DNA of 64,000 nucleotides from Lytechinus pictus (Eukaryota). The notes below the pieces were generated by a model that saw nothing but the letters and a program-made list of their open reading frames with translations, was not told the origin of the DNA and did not search any database. The first letter of the stretch is position 1; every line of letters starts with the position of its first letter. The stretch spans positions 6,202,001 to 6,266,000 of the forward strand of contig NC_087245.1 in NCBI RefSeq assembly GCF_037042905.1, written 5' to 3'. Both the position numbers and the translations under genes were made by a program. Below, piece by piece: positions 61,378 to 64,000 of this stretch.

Positions 61378-64000
61378 TGTTGACGATGGCTTATTTTCAC
61401 TTAATTAGTAGTCATTGTTGGGGATCAAGTATTAATATCAAGGGGCACTTAAAGAAGTATTGCTCATGAAGATAGAAATCCATCGGATGGCAGGTCCGTT
61501 CGAAATAGAAAAGTCATCCTGCTCCATACTGCAGCTCTCCTATATTCTTCCTTTCTAGATCCATCATTTTATTCCCATTTCTCCCCTTCAGAATTAAATC
61601 TAGAAGATGAGACTGCTACCGCAAAGCTGCATTTATAGGTCAGTTTGTTGAACACCAACCAGTTAACATGGTCAAGACTACACTGTGCACAAGATGAATA
61701 AATTTCTGTCAGAGATGTTCTCCCTTTCCTAAGCAAACAAGAGCAGATGAATTCAACAAACATAAAATGCTGTGCAATGACTTGTGAACACACTCAGCAA
61801 AATATTAGGAGCAACCCACTACAAACTCTGCCTGCAAATCACAAGAAATCTGTCATACTGATCCACTCATCTATTTAAAATGTTCATCTTTATAGAAATC
61901 ATTGATAAAATATACTCCAAGCACAAACCAGAGAAAATCTCCATCAAACTCTGGCTGACAATCACGAAAAGCCTTTCATACCGGTCCAATTATGTAAATG
62001 CTCAGCTTGAAAAAAAAAGAGCCATCACTATATAGGCCTAGTGTATTAGTGATGACAGTGAAGCCTGTCAGGGAGAATCCTTAAGGACAGGCGATAACCT
62101 TTCTATTCATTCATTTTGATCATTTCAATCCTTACAACAACTCGAATAAAGAATGTTCATCCAACCAATCAAAAGATTATTCATTTCCACCAAGGTTTCT
62201 CAAACATTTCCCTCAATAAATTTGTAGAGATACTCTCCCTAAAGAATTAAAAGCCAGAGAACTATCCAGTTTTTCTTTTTATTTGTATGAAAACCTAACA
62301 AATTCATGGAAAGCAAAACAAACTTCCATCATTTTACCAATAATTGCAGCATTTTTGACAACACAGTTCAATTGAGAGATTTATAATACATCATAGCAGG
62401 CAGGGTTACTACAATACTTTTTTTTTTTTGGGGGGGGGGGAGGTGGGAGCATTTTAATGATGAATTAACTGAATACTGCATACCAGTAAGTACTCTAATT
62501 TGCTAGGAAAGTGGGATTTTCGAATTTCACAACAGGGGTTAATTCAATTTTTTTTCTAGAGTAAAAAAAAAATTATCAAAATAAATCATTTGCATATTCT
62601 TTTTTTTTTGTTTAGGTTTAGAGCCACTTCTCAAGCATAGAATGATTTGACAATTTTAGGATGTAAGGTTTGTCTTTGCTTTGGAATAACAAATCAATTC
62701 ATTTGGAAGAAAATTCAATCCCAAATTTTACAAATATAGGATAAAAAAAAGGTTCACCTCACAACTTTGTAAAAGAATGTTACATGATGCTACATGTATG
62801 ATAAGTAATCCTCTACCGAAGCTTTAGACATGCCTTAAGGGCCAATAGGCACAATATATTGGATGCATCTAGTCTGACTGATGAATATAGTGTATGTCCT
62901 CTGAGCATAATCTAACCAATGCAGTGAGTTGTTATATACCACACAGAACCAGGATATTAAAATTCATTTTTCACATTTGACTTTGTGAAATAGTCATCAG
63001 GACAAATTAATATAAAAAATATTGACATTGGTGCTACTTGACCACCACATTTACAAACTAAATCACAGAGTAAACTCACAAAAAAGATCCTTCAGAAGTT
63101 GGATCAACCCAAGAAAATTTCCATCATCCTTTGAAATTTAGTATCCATGGCTGCTGAAGCACACGCTCATTTCATTGCCTGTAAAATTAGACATTTTGCA
63201 TTTCCAAAGCATCATATCATGATGCAAGCATACCGGTATAAGTAGTTTGAATAAGGAAATATATAATAGACTTCAAGCGTTGAACATTGAATCACCACAT
63301 TATATGATCATCAGTTTTTTTCCCCTCGATCCAACAAAATACATCAATCACATTTCTGCAACACAAGCTCCTTCTTTGCCTAACAACAATCACAGAAATC
63401 CAAGCTCTAGATGGATTAATCCATAACAAGAAAAGATACAATTGGAGTCACAAATGCAATCAACTTAACAAGGAAACATGAATGTAAAAAAAAGTGCTAT
63501 CAACATTGTGTGACAACAACAGAAGGCATATCAGATAAGATCAGGACTAAGGTTATGTAAACTTTCAGTTTTTCTGACCTATCAATCCAAACAGCAAAGT
63601 AGATCACTAAATAATTTGCAAGTGGTTTCACCTTAATGAAGCTATCACAATACAGGTAACACAATACCAGAGTTTTTCCTGTGCACTTTCATGTATCCTT
63701 GTTAGTTTGATGCCGCCAACGATTTCCTGAGTATGAGTATGTGTGTGTGAGTGTGACTGTGTTGCAAAATAGATTGATAGGTAGGACAAGATAGGACAGG
63801 TATGTCATCTGTTAATTCTGGTCGCTTTGCCAAACAGCTCTGTGGTCTGACAAAAACAGCTAAACCATCAGAATTCATGACAGTTCAATTAGCATTGTAA
63901 TATGATGCCTCTCTGTTCCATCCCGTTAGCATTATGTCACACACACGAACCAGTACACAAAGGGGCTGTGCACCACAGTGCAGATCAATACAATGCTTGT

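Overview
Eukaryotic, AT-rich, intron-containing DNA; the repeat content suggests a sea urchin or related echinoderm (inference). It holds two minus-strand multi-exon genes whose exons can be joined through GT-AG junctions with consistent phase. (1) An NWD1/NWD2-family STAND protein (DUF4062-like N-terminus, NACHT, WD40), ATG at 11575, 9 coding exons visible, running off the left edge. (2) An ITPRID/SSFA2(KRAP)/TESPA1-family protein, 11 coding exons, 61377 to 39529. The introns and the ~14-33 kb intergenic interval are packed with mobile DNA: a full-length I-group (Nimb-like) LINE, a 5'-truncated Penelope-like element, a Helentron-associated element with a dimeric 163/153-bp tandem array, tRNA-derived SINEs and many MITEs with readable target-site duplications (TSDs). 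Highlights: a variant minimal hammerhead ribozyme present both at the Penelope 3' end and as a solo 63-bp insertion with its own 10-bp TSD; a nested insertion stack whose removal restores a perfect 15-bp hairpin; and fold-back TAG...CTA elements with 9-bp TSDs. No prokaryotic features or CRISPR. I cannot claim a wholly new system; all family assignments are by eye, without database searches.
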